Assembly (NCBI GenBank): GCA_977030845.1 | Contig: OZ365118.1 | Location: 21,824,001-21,888,000 of the forward strand | Origin: Fimbriosthenelais zetlandica | Lineage: Eukaryota | DNA length: 64,000 nucleotides | Direction: 5' to 3' | Part shown: piece after piece, positions 28,090 to 41,026 of the stretch | Position numbering within the stretch: the stretch's first letter is position 1 | Layout: every line of letters starts with the position of its first letter | The notes under the pieces: generated by a model | What the model saw: only the letters and a program-made list of their open reading frames with translations | What the model was told of the DNA's origin: nothing | The model's database searches: none | Program-made: the position numbers and the translations under genes

Positions 28090-29179
28090 CCTATAGACAA
28101 GGCTCTACATCCATACCTTAATGATAACTTGGACCCTTTTAATGCTTCACCGCTGAGGATCAAGTGTCAGCCATAAGGAAAAGGGGAAACCCTGGTGCTG
28201 AGGCTTTAAAAATAAAATAATAGATGGAAATTAATTTAGATTGACCCCATAACACTTGGTCTAACTCTAGAAAGAGGCAATAAAGAAGTGAAGATTTGTG
28301 AAGTAATTGAAAGAATGATGTGAAGAATTGATTCATTAAAAACGTGGGAAGTTGAAGTAAGATGTATTCATTAAAGATTTAATTAAGGCAAAAGTGTATC
28401 TTGCCTTTTTTTGCCAACATCTTGAACGCAAAACGAAACGCTTAGTTTAGCATTAATCCGTGGGGATCTAGTATAAAAAAATAAAGTTTTTTCAATTAGC
28501 CTGGCAGTAATAATGTAGATTGTGTGGTGGGGGGGATGGTGGGGTGACTTTCTCAGGGTATTCGTCCATCTCACCCCGCCTCCCCGCTGTGGTAATCGCC
28601 CGTCCTACCCGGCTATCATGGCCCGCTCTCCCGGCCATGCTCAACCTCCTCCCGCCGAACAGAAAGACACCTATTGTATCACGGACACTAGTACACGGGG
28701 TGGAAGATATTTTTTCAGTGTTTGGAGAGATGTAGGGGACTATAGGGCGATTGTTATTTCAATTATAGATGTACTAAGATCCCGACCCGTGCCTATAATT
28801 ACATGACAAAGTAACAGGTCTCAAAAGCCCAGTTATTTCTTATAAAAGCACCTGCGCAAAAAACAGCTTTTATCATTATGCATCTTTGCTGTTTCTTAGA
28901 AAAACGTATGCCGGGAATATTGATAATTAATTTTGTTAATCGGGTCCTTTACAAGTGCGCAAAATAAGAAAGAAAACTGATATGTGTTAAAGTTGACAAG
29001 TGACATTTCAAACCCAACTAAAATGATGAGGGTAAATTTAATATTTGACAAATTTTGTTTAAAAGTTTGTAATTTTGATAGTGTCAAATTTTGAGCTAAA
29101 CTATAATAAATTACATTAGTTGCTCACAGCCTGGCAGGTGCCATGTATGGAGTAGGTCCACTCTCACACAAACCACAGG

Positions 29180-29340
29180 TGTGAACCAATCACAGCCCGT
29201 GTGGGCGGAGCTAGCGGCGGTGAGTGACAGGGTGTTGAGCCAATCAGCGGCCGCGCGTGGGGTTTGACCCTCAGCGCCTCTGTCTCCTACATTAGTAGGC
29301 GCTTCATCCTGAGTCAGGCAACACGCATTGCCCACCAACT
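29180..29340. promoter_or_regulatory. CCAAT/GC-box promoter-like cluster
   Basis: AACCAATCAC, GGGCGGAG, AGCCAATCAG and TGAGTCA within about 140 bp of CpG-rich sequence. Confidence 0.5.
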
Positions 29341-32042
29341 TACTGATTCACCACATTGCCACTGGTGGCAGCACTATTTGGACTACCATTATTACCACTA
29401 ACTGGAAAATACTCCAAACTTCAGTGACTATCACATTTTCACTGCAACTTAAGGTGATTTTCGTGCCTGTGGATTGTTCTAACTCTGTGTGAATTTTCGC
29501 CTGTTTTTGCTGTTTGTGTGTGGATTTACTAAGCACCATTCGTGGACATTTAGCCAGCGTTTAGGAGGTGGATACTTAATGTACCTTCATTAGGATACTG
29601 GGCTATTACACTGATGTAAGTATTTAAGATCAATACTAATATTCAGGGTCATCATGTAGTAGGTTGGTGGACCAGCTGGCCGCACCAGTTGGTGGATATT
29701 GATCTAATACACAGTTAATGTGTATTCACCTTCTAACTATAAACCCCCCCCCCCCCCCCCCACTCCCCCACTACAGTGTGTATAGTTTATGTGAGTGTCA
29801 TAAACTCATCATGGCTGATCTTGGGGGGTCTTTTTGTCCCCTATACTCATATTCTCAAGTACCAAGTGTACAACCAATATTCCCACTATCTACTGGTTTC
29901 ATATTCACTCTACCCATAGAGATTTATCCCATAGAGTTCACCCTTCACAATATCCCGCGGTAGGACCTCCGCTCTAGGTCTATGCCCTTTACTATAGACC
30001 TAGGGCCTTCAATACATTCCAGGCCTTGCTTGAAAACAACCTATTTTCTGTAAAAACTTAGTCAAAAGTACGCCTTACCATGACATTATATACTGATGTT
30101 CATGGCCTTATTTTACCACCTTTAATGTTTCTCCCACCATATCTGATATACATACCCTCTGTCCGGTCTCCCCCGGCCTGGCATATTTACATTCTACTCC
30201 CCCAAGGCCCACAGGTGTGTCCGGGGGAAGGGCATGTGTAAGCCCTTCAATATTGAACTTGAGGGACCCCACAAGGGCCTTGGTCTCTGGTAGGTTTGAA
30301 GCACTAAGTTGACTCTAGATTTCTGGGTCGTCTTCATTCATCATTAGAAACCTGACAGTTAAGATGGTTGTCTTCCACGTTAATGGAACATGTCCCTCAC
30401 CTATAGATGTGGTCCTATACCGCCCATTATCACTGGACTCTCATCATATGTGATGATATTGGGACCTCGTCCCATTAGCTTAGCTTCCCTCATGAGCTAG
30501 CTCATCAAGGACAACCAGTCACAGAGCTGGACCTGCTATCGCTACAACCAAATGAGACATTTATTTTCACTTAGAAATCCCATAATGTCCCATAATGTGA
30601 GATTGATTGATTTTACCTGCCATCTCACCCCATCACCATAGCTTCTACATGTAGTAAAACTAGGATCTTATGGGCAAAAGTAAAAGTAAATGTTACTGAA
30701 TGTTAGTCAGTGAGTTCCCCAATCATTCTGATGCCCAGAAACTACTGGGAACATAAGTGAACTATCAGTAATGTCACAATAAGCCATCCAACCCTAAAAA
30801 CCTCTTTTCTGTATTCATGTCTTCAAGAGATAATATTTCAAGTGTTTATTGACTATTTAAGATGCAAATAAACACGCGTGACATTATTAAAACAACAATA
30901 CCCATTACCCACCACAATATATGGAGGATTTATATGACAATAGTCGCGGGGGAAGCAGACGTGCGTTATATTTCCATCCTGTAAAATATTCCCGACTTTT
31001 AATATAAAATGGATCTGAATGTTGACTATGTCAGGGTTTATAGCCATGGTTTATATTGCAAGACAATAAGGTGTGAAGATCAACAAAGGCGGGATTAAAT
31101 TGTCAGGTGAGGAGGGCTCCACAGTGGGTGTAAGCTGGACTGTATGGAGAAGAAAGGCAATACATGTAATATGTCTTACCGTATTTAATATAATCATGAA
31201 CTCTAGATTGGTTTTACTGAAAAGAGACCAATCCCCCGAACAGGTCGTTCTGAAATTGTTCCCAGTTTGAAATATATAATAAGTCGAGGCAAACTTTATG
31301 AATAGAGATTTTGAAAAGTTTAAAGTTTTGGAAAAATGGACTGAGTGTAATGGTATACCAGCTCTTGTTAGAGTATATACGGTAGAGTATGAGGGTAAAT
31401 CCCATCTGGCAATATTGAGGCTCAGACGCGCCTACCAAGTCACCCACTTCTCTCATCCCCTGTTGACCCTTCCAAAGATGACAGTTTTCAATTTCACAAT
31501 TTCCATCCTTGTGAATTTAATACCTTTTCATAAGGGATTCAGTTTGACCATCCTTTAAGTCACCACTTCACTTCACATCCCCGCGTGCTTTACATGCAAA
31601 AAACGCGTGCTGTGAATAGAAAAATATTCATACATACAAAATCATAAAAGTTAATGCGCAGAAACTTTTCCCCTGGGATATTTATTCTTCAGAAATGACC
31701 ATAGGGTTCGGATTCGTATTTAAAATCCAAATCATACTTTACGATTTAAAGTGATTTCTTTTTTCATTTAATCAGTACAAAATTCAGTAAGATTTTATCT
31801 CTTACTTTGTCAAGACTTACAAGACACTGTGCCTTTTGATGGTATATTCTGGCCTAACCACCTGCGAGGAGGAGAGTCGGGGGGAAAGGCCTCCAAGCCT
31901 GCATACATAAAGTGGGAAAAGTTAAAAGTATGAAGGTTAGAGAGGGGGAGATGGATGTAGTTAGAGATTGTTATCTGTGGGTGTCGGTTTGTAAGTCCTG
32001 GAGGGACGTACTTATTACAGCGCTACATGCGGGCAGTACCAG

Positions 32043-32318
32043 AACTACCGACTATATGTGAGGGAATCCACCTTACCCGTTATCTCATATACAATACTAC
32101 AATTATACACAAACTACCGACTATATGTGAGGGAATCCACCTTACCCGTTATCTCATATACAATACTACAATTATACACAAACTACCGACTATATGTGAG
32201 GGAATCCACCTTACCCGTTATCTCATACAATACTACAATTATACACAAACTACTGACTATATGTGAGGGAATCCACCTTACCCGTTATCTCATACAATAC
32301 TACAATTATACACAAACT
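32043..32318. repeat. 67-69-bp tandem repeat, 4 copies
   Basis: Unit ctaccgactatatgtgagggaatccaccttacccgttatctca(ta)tacaatactacaattatacacaaa; periods 69, 69, 67, 67. Confidence 0.97.
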
Positions 32319-33149
32319 CATAAATCATCACAAACATTCATTTACACCAATTTTCCCAGAAAAAGATCTTAGTTAGATTTTATAATGTTGTGAGTACTTT
32401 AAGAAGTTTGGTAGATGTAGTATAGTGGCTGTAGAATGAATTGACTGTGATTATGACTATTTCTGTTAGATCTCAGTCTTTTCTCTGTTCATGTGTAGAG
32501 TCCCGCCCTCTACTCCCGCATGTACACTATAGTGAATGGTATCTTACACTGTAGTGAATGGTATGTTTTTGTTGGATCCATTCATGTAGCAGTGTTGAGT
32601 ATAGTGAGGATAGATCAAGGTCCCTGTAGGTCTCAGTATAGAGGCAGATATAAAGTATACATGAAAGTAAATACACACCTGGAGGATTTCTCACATCATT
32701 GTACTTAGATTAAAGAAGTGGAGGGACGTAAAAAACGGATGGAGAAGTGGGAGAGGGCTTAGGATAGAGAGAAGGAAAACTATAAGGGGATCCTAGTGAG
32801 GGGGCAGAGAGTTAGAGTGAGATAGAGAGAGTTGAGAGAGATCTAAAGTAAGAAGAGAGTGAGAGATGCAGACTCTCCCACACCTCACCACAGTGTCGCC
32901 ATGTCCCTTTTATTCCAGTCACACCCCAGTCGCCCGAATAGATTCCAAGGTGAGAGAGAAAGGTCAATGGGAAGTGTTAAAAGTTTAAGATGTCATTTCT
33001 CGCGCGGCCGGCTTTCATTTTGTCATGAAAAGCCCACTGATTATCCGCGACTCTCAGACCTCGCCCTCTCTATTTGTCGAGAATCAAATGAAATCGTTCA
33101 AGTACTGGCTATAGCTTTAAACACGCCATGGCGGAGTCTCATTGTAAAG

Positions 33150-33197
33150 GGCAGATCTGTGTGGACAGAAGGCAGATCTGTGTGGACAGAAGGCAGA
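33150..33197. repeat. 21-bp tandem repeat x2.3
   Basis: ggcagatctgtgtggacagaa at 33150 and 33171, partial copy at 33192. Confidence 0.9.
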
Positions 33198-35002
33198 CTG
33201 GGGCAAATAAACTAGACAGAGAGAGTGTCATATTCATTCTACATCCATCCCGGGAAATATTAAAACCCCAAACCTCTACTCATCCCCCAACCCGCGCACA
33301 CCCAAAACCCTACTCATCCCCCACCAACCCTAAACCCAGCCTATTTCCATATACAGAAATATAATACAAATATACACTAGTTATAATGGATTTCGCGAGT
33401 GGAGAAATTGAAGATGGCATGAAGTATAGAGAAGCACCCTGGATTAATCTGTGTGAGAGGTAGTGCCTTAATCTAATTGATTTAGTATTGATTTGTAAGC
33501 AGCGTTCCGGGCTAATCCTCCTTCCTCACGCATTACCATCCCTACTCCATATGTCCAGTAGAATACTCACCACTTGCCAATTACTCATTCATTAATTGCA
33601 ATTATGGCAACCCTAATTGTTACTGAACCCCTAATTTTAGTGCTCTATAAATATAAAGTTTAAAATGTTGAAGGATGTTTGGTTTTGAATGTAATTTGAG
33701 GGATCCATTCAGACCTTATGGTCAGTTGTTTAAATAGACAGACAGATTAGCTTAGTTTGTGCTATAGATATCTGGGCCGGAATTGCCGTGTATTTTTTAA
33801 GGGTTGTGACTTTCTAGGCCACCATGGGCGGTTAGTCGGCAAGCCCTTACAAACCCCGGGTTGACATAGTAGGAGATTGGTCGAGTGCCCTCAGCCCTCC
33901 AGGAGCCCGCTAGGGGTCATTGTGAGCGGTGAGGTTTGGATGATATTGTCTATCACAACATGCTTTATTCAACCAAACTCACCAGTATTCAACATGAACA
34001 TAAACTGTTATTCCCATGACATGTTGTGCTGCAAACTCGGTCCATGTCAAAACTGTGAACAAGAGTGGCACTGGGCTTTATAGTGGGGAAAACATGAGGG
34101 TAGAATGTGGCAGGCTATAGGCGGGGAGTATATGGGGGTATATATATATAGTGAGGGTGCACATAGTCAGGGTGTCTACCCTAAATACCCCCAGGGAGCA
34201 GAGAACAAGGAGAACTGGCCGGGAATCTATCAATTAGAACATGTCCCCGGGATTTGTCAGTTTGCTACACGGCACCAACTGTGAGGGGGTCGGGGGGTGG
34301 GGCTAGGGAGGGGGCGGGCTGGTGAGAAATCAACCCTCGACAATCTACACATACCTACGTCAAACAATACAGGAATTACAATAGTTTTTATATGGATATA
34401 GGACCAGAAGAACACTAGTTCTTAGCTCTGAATATATGAGATTTTATTAATTATTTCGTACATACATCTCCAGTGTAAGTAGAGGAATATTCTGCATAGA
34501 AATTACCAGCCGGGTTTTATAAAAGTGTCTTCTATAAAAGGTTGAGGTATCTATTCCCGTCTGAGTATGTGTGATTATACCACTGACCAGCGTTCCCCGC
34601 GCGTCTGCTGTATTAATCACCTGCCGGCTATGTTAGACCTTCACTCTATATTTACTGCCTCATCTACATATTCATTAAGCAACCTTAGCGTCTGAGGAAT
34701 GTCTTCCTGGTAATAGTAGCTGGTAATATATGTTACGTCCTTTAGCTGGTTATATTCTGTTGCCCTAATAACGGAAACCGGCCTTTTTTATGTTAAGTTG
34801 TTGCCCGTTGGCTTGTTGGATATGTTAAGTTTTCACAAATACTTCTTTCAACATTCCTCCTGAAGTTGGATATATATTTTCTGAGAATACTAAATTTAAA
34901 GCCATTTTACAACTAACTATCAATCTTTATTGTTTAAGATTTAATATCAAGTAATCTTTGTGTATATCGTGACTAAATTCCCCTGTATTTGTTGTCTTAC
35001 AG

Positions 35003-35160
35003 ATTTCCTCTGAGGTTTGTTCAGGACACCTGAGACCGCCTTTATTCATCTCACCTGCCCGGGCTCTACCTCAACAACCCCCGGTACTCCACCTCACCTC
35101 TAGCGGTCTCTTACCCGAGTAACCACCCACATGTTGTGACGAGCCCACTACACTCACACC
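35003..35160 (+). other. 5'UTR part of the large exon, beginning at a splice acceptor
   Basis: Pyrimidine tract ccctgtatttgttgtcttacAG ends at 35002 after an AT-rich stretch; implies an upstream non-coding first exon. Confidence 0.6.
35131..35139 (+). other. Minimal uORF ATG-TTG-TGA
   Basis: In frame with the main ORF and ending 21 nt before the main ATG. Confidence 0.6.
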
Positions 35161-37950
35161 ATGGCTGTACTGGGTGGAGGTGTGTGGACTCACCTCTCAT
35201 CTACCCTCATCCTCATCCTCCTCCTCCTGCCTCTAGTCCGTCTAGAGGAGGTAGACCTCACCTACCAGGTCCAGGAGGAGATCCCCGCCGGCTCCCGGGT
35301 GGGAGATATCGTGGAGGATGCCGAACTCCGTCTACAATACACGGACGCTCAGGTGGCTAACTTTGAGTACAGGATGCTGGAGCAGGACAGTGAGGGAGCT
35401 CAACTGTTTAACATTACAGCGGCTACAGGCGTGCTACAGACCCGGGTCAAGCTGGACCGTGAAGCTATCTGTCCCGGCCAGGCTAAATGTGAGGTGAATG
35501 TCGGGGTGGTCTACACCATGGCTGATATATTTAATGTTATTAATATACTAGTAGAGGTTATTGATATCAATGATAACCCCCCCGCCTTCCCTCACCGCTC
35601 AGTTAATATAGAGATCTCAGAGTCAGCCACCCCCGGGGATTCCTTCAACCTCCCCCTGGCTCTGGATCATGATCAGGGTGTCTATGGCGTCCAGTCATAC
35701 ACCCTCCAGGCTGGTGACGTCACCAACTTTGAACTCAAGGTCGTTACGATTGGTAGCAACAACTTCCCGACGTCTCTACGACTGGTCCTCAAGGAGCGTC
35801 TTGATCGTGAAGTGAAGCCGTTTTACCAGGTGGTGGTGGTGGCTAGAGATGGAGGAGATGAACCTAATACAGGAGCTCTAACCATTAACATTACAGTCAC
35901 TGACGCTAACGACCACGGCCCGCAGTTTGACGATGACACCTACCATGTCACTATATCAGAGGATCAGCCTCGAGGCAGCAGGATCCTGAGGATTGAGGCC
36001 TACGATCCTGATCTAGGACAGAATGGTCGCGTGCTGTATAAGCTGGTACCAGGAGCGGGCGATTCTAACACGGACGTGTTTGAGATGGTGGAGAACACGG
36101 GCGAGGTGATCCTGAAAAACGGACTGGATTACGAGACTAAACAAACGTACCACCTGATAGTGGAGGCGCGGGACGCGGGGGTTAACTCCCAACCCGCATA
36201 CGTGAACGTGATTATAGACGTAGAGGATCAGAATGATAACGCCCCCATCATCAGTATTAACACTCAGAACGGATCAGGTGACGTAGCTCACATATCAGAG
36301 CTAGTAGAGACCGGGAAGTTCGTGGCCCACATCTCAGTCAAGGATCCTGATACAGGACTCGGTGGACGATTCGCCTGCCGCGTCGACGATGGTCACTTCT
36401 ACCTACAGAAAGTAACCGATGGTCAGTATAAGATAGTGACCGCTGCTACTCTTGACCACGAGGAGAAGGAGTCGTACCTAGTGACCATCACCTGTGATGA
36501 TGACGGCACACCTCGCCTGGTGTCAGAGAAGATACTCCGAGTTAACATTATAGATGAGAATGATAACTCTCCCATCTTCTCTAAATCCACCTTCTCCGTG
36601 TCCTTCCCTGAGAATAACGTCTACACTAATGAGTTTATCACCCAGGTGAACGCTACAGATGCTGACAGGGGACTGAACGCTGCCCTCACGTATGAGATCG
36701 GTCTAGAGGGGCGGGAGATGTTTAAGATTGATCCACGTAGCGGTATTATTAGAGCTAATGGTGTGTTTGACTATGAGAAGACTAAGATGTACATCTTCCC
36801 CGTGGTGGCTCGGGATGGCGGACACCCAGCTAGATCAGGCTCAGCTCTAGTCTCAGTCTCAATCACTGATAAAAACGACGAGGCTCCCGCCTTCTCTCAG
36901 CCCTCCTACACATTTGACGTGATGGAGAACCAGCCAGTTGGTATGGAGATCGGCATCGTCTCAGCCACAGATGCTGACTCCGTGGCTTTCAACTATTTTG
37001 AATTTTCGCTCCAGTCGAGCAAAGCGTCTGAACATTTCGCTATTGATACGATCAGTGGACATGTGAGGACGAAGCGGGCGTTAGATAGAGAACATCAGGG
37101 TGTTCATCATATGGTGGTTATAGCATCTAATGTCGGCATCACTCCACCTCTCAGTGGTACAGCTCTCATCACAGTTAATGTATTAGATCAGAATGATCAT
37201 GCTCCCAGGATAGACTACCCTAACGAGTATAACCATACCGTCCAGGTATCCACACAGGCTCCTGAAGGCTTCCTGGTGGCTTTAATCCAGGCTCATGACA
37301 TGGATACAGGTAACAATGCTAGATTAACCTACACCATCAGTGCTGGTAATCAGGATAATCTCTTCAGTATTGACCCCTCACTGGGAGCGATATCCACCAA
37401 GAAAAGTCTGACAAACATGCCAGATAAACTACTAGACATGTTGATCACTGTATCAGACCAGGGCTTCCCACAGAAACAATCCACAGCCAAGCTTCACATC
37501 ATGCTCAATAACTCTATAGCTTACCCCTACGGTTCAGACCCGTCCAAACTCCTCACAGGAACCAATGTCACCATCGTCGTCTCCCTCGCCATCGCTTCAG
37601 CTATCGTCGTCGTGATTTTGGTCGTTGCTATTGTTCTGATCCGAAAAAAGGAAGTAGGCCGGAGGAAGCAGAAACATATGTATAGATACCAGATAGAGAC
37701 TCAGAAAGCCCAGGCTCAGGGCGTGGAGGTAGTCAGTGAGAAGGCACAGAAAGAGCAACTCAAACCGCCGGGAAGTGCTCGTAGAAACTCACAGGGGAGT
37801 ATAGGCAAGCCTGGACAGAAGAAGGAGGTTAGCTTTAACATGGCTAACAAAGGAGGATCCCAGAACCAGGACAGGAAACCCGTGAATACGGACCATTCTA
37901 TAAATAACCACGCCAACTGGGGCTCTACTGCCGACAAGGGCAAACATGAT
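35161..37950 (+). CDS. Protocadherin (delta1-like, 7 EC repeats), coding exon 1: signal peptide, EC1-EC7, TM, juxtamembrane cytoplasm
   Basis: 930 codons from a strong-context ATG (acaccATGg), with an in-frame TGA upstream at 35137. Seven cadherin repeats with xE/DRE-DYE/DxND/DxD/xDxG motifs. EC1 has DRE followed by C-X5-C (CPGQAKC) and no Trp2, typical of protocadherins. TM at 37567-37641 followed by RKK. Donor gat|GTAAGT at 37951, phase 0. Confidence 0.97.
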
Positions 37951-38624
37951 GTAAGTATACGTTTATATAATAGATTAATGTTTAATTTGGGGAAGATTTC
38001 ACCTAGTTCTAATCTAGAAAAATAATTTAATTTAATTTCTTCACGTGTAGATTTTGGTGGATGATTATAGTTATTCTCATTAATTTACTGACAGAATCAG
38101 AGGTAGAGATTTTCAGAATTTGTTTTATTTTCCTTTTGTAACTTTTGACCCATCCTCTCCCACACCTCCTCCTCTCACCACCCATAGCCTTGTGTTCACC
38201 TTGATCTAATTATTCCGAGGCCAGTCTTGCTTTATTACATTATAGTATAACAATAGGTTTATAGTGTGTCTTTGATTGGATATAGCCTACACCTGGCTCT
38301 TAGTCCAACCCTGGAATTGCTTCAACTTAACTCAGAATGACAAGTTCATATTTTAGCCTAGTTTGACCATGAATTAGTGAGGATTTTTGAGGGGATTTGT
38401 TGGTAGTTTTTGTTTCTGTGGGGGACGCTACATCTGGGGTGAGTTTAGTCTCACCATGTATCGATCTGTCAGCTAGCACACCCTTTGTCCTCACTCCACC
38501 CCGCTACAATAATCCAATCATATCATTAAGCATGTCATTAGTACACCTTTAACCCACCTCGCCTAAAGCTGGTTGAAGTAGCAGGGTTTAACTCATACCC
38601 CCTACAGCTCACACATGGTCAGCC

Positions 38625-38832
38625 CAAATGTCCACCTCTACAAATGTCCACCTCAACAAATGTCCACCTCTACAAATGTCCACCTCTACAAATGTCCACC
38701 TCTACAAATGTCCACCTCAACAAATGTCCACCTCTACAAATGTCCACCTCTACAAATGTCCACCTCAACAAATGTCCACCTCTACAAATGTCCACCTCTA
38801 CAAATGTCCACCTCTACAAATGTCCACCTCCC
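38625..38832. repeat. 16-bp minisatellite, 13 copies
   Basis: Unit caaatgtccacctc(ta/aa); the aa variant is at copies 2, 6 and 9. Confidence 0.97.
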
Positions 38833-40939
38833 AAACACCTCAACAATGTCCACCTATTATAATATTCACCTGCACGTTACCTATATACTCATACATTCAT
38901 ATAGATACCGACAAACCAATTAACACTATCCTACAGTCAAACCCCGAGGGCCATGTCCACCCTGACTATTTATTTTAATTAAAGCCCTCTCCTCTACCTT
39001 ACTGCCCACCTTTTAACTGACCCATGGTCAGTATGAGGTAGAGGTCAGTTAGTCCATGACCTGAGGGGGTATATTAACAATAGGTGACAGTGACCATCAT
39101 ACACCTGTCATACAGACTGTATCTCACCCCCTATAGTCATACATGGGGTGTATATACAATGACTAGATACTCTGATAATACTCCACAATGACCAATGCCA
39201 GTAACATGCTACCTCTCAATGGTCAGTCTGGGTGTTAGGCTTCTACCTGCATTGATTCGGGTCGTACCTGCTTGGGTTACATATGAAATACTGCACCCCC
39301 GATATAGGGTCTCTAAAGAAAGGTTTTCTAACCCACACCTCCAATGAAAATTGGAATTTTTGAGATGGAGAAAGATCACATACTTTTAAGCACTATCAAG
39401 ACCTATATTAGTTATGTTCGAAGGAAAATTTTATTTTAGGGGGTTATATTTAAGTAAATTTAACGAATACCATCCGGTAGAAAGTCAGGTATAATTCCTG
39501 GTTTGAATGATTAGCCTTTGAGGTGTAGGGTACTGATGAGTCGGGGGATAACCCACTCACCTGGCGGGAGGTCATTACCTAATCCCTCACCTATCTTTAC
39601 CTGATATTATTGCACCCTTGGGGGTCAGCCTTTGAAGGCTGCTGATGACCACTGACCACTGTCCGAGCCGCTGGACAATGGGTCAGTTTCCAGTACACTG
39701 CATCTTCCTACCTTGCCAACCGCTCACCTGGAAAATGGCGGCGATCACGAGGTGTTCAGGTAAATAGGGATGTGCGCACAGATGTGTAGAGGTAATCATT
39801 GACCCATCCTTTCATGGTAAGCCTGTTACCTGATGACCACGGATAAACTCCTGCCCCATTAATTCCTACCAACCTTTATTCCCTCATTTACCCCATTTAA
39901 TTATCATTAAATATTTTAAAGTAAAATCGTTTTTCCCGACCCAAATTGTAAGCAAGTTTGATTCTGAAACCCCTTCCCCAACGCTAAATTTGGTGCTGAA
40001 AAATGAGCCTAAAATGTTTTAAAATGACGCAGGTTGTCATGAGAGTGAGTACGGTAAAGGGGTGTAGATATTATCGGGGTTTTAAGCATAATTGAGAGCG
40101 TACATAATGAATGTTAGTGAAAATAAAACATGGCCCTGTGAGATCAATGATGGCCTGGTCGCCTTGGACACCGTCTCGCTACCTTGGACACCGTCTCGTC
40201 CAGTCCATTGATCGCTGCACCTTCCTTTATACCCAACTATTGTCTAAGAATTGACATTTCTCCCCCTTTCTTCCCTCTCCCCATCACGGGCAGTGGGCCC
40301 CACTCTCCTCTGACTCATCTTAATGTGCATTTTGGCAATCTTACAACAAAAACACACATCTCCGGCTACAGACATTCTCAGCGAGTCAGACCTGAGTATA
40401 ATTCAGTGTAATTCTGTTAATAATTACATGTAATTGAATCGAACCGTTTTGAACCTGGGAATAATGTGACAGACCATTTATTCACTCGGTTATTATCGCT
40501 AATATCTCCATATAAATCAAAGAATGAAGTTTAATTTGACAAATGGGAGTGTCTGGTTACAGAGATGGGGGTGGACTATGTATTGTTATATAGACCGTTT
40601 ATTATGTACATATATAGAGGTATATATCAGACATACCTGTACTAACCACTGTACCTTTGAAGTCGGGGCTCTATGCTTTTGAACCTATTTCTACATTGTG
40701 ACTTGTCCATTGTGATTTATCCACCATATCTGGGTTTAATTGATGTATTTATAGTCAACCCAAACCCACCTAGGACGCCTGTATAGCGGAGTGCAATACC
40801 CAAACGGATGCCCATCAAAAATCCCCAAAACCCACCCTCCACTCATTCCCCAACTCACAGAAACACCAGCAACATTTAGTTTGAAAAATCAAGCGGCAGA
40901 AAATTGATGTAAGTCGGATAACAAAGTGGTTCATCTCTA

Positions 40940-41026
40940 CCACTGTCAGTGACAAAGGGTGGATATAGAGGGGGGGGGGGGTGATCCACTGACAGTGACA
41001 AAGGGTGGATATAAGGGTGGTGATCC
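40940..41026. repeat. 28-bp duplication separated by a poly-G run
   Basis: 40940-40967 vs 40986-41013, 27/28 identical. Confidence 0.85.

Noticed and set aside
1-34980. Further protocadherin variable exons upstream (or in intron 1)
   Set aside because: No DxND/DRE/DxD-bearing ORF in any frame; the ORF track shows only short non-homologous ORFs.
37716-37943. Antisense ORF inside exon 1
   Set aside because: Shadow of the coding strand; no recognisable features.
37951-38025. Treating the 954-aa ORF as the complete protein
   Set aside because: A consensus donor sits at 37951, composition switches abruptly to AT-rich, and in-phase downstream exons exist. Kept only as a possible minor isoform.
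38615-38978. ORFs across the 16-bp repeat (likewise 32027-32372 across the 69-bp repeat)
   Set aside because: They arise from stop-free tandem units; no domain, splice context or coding bias.
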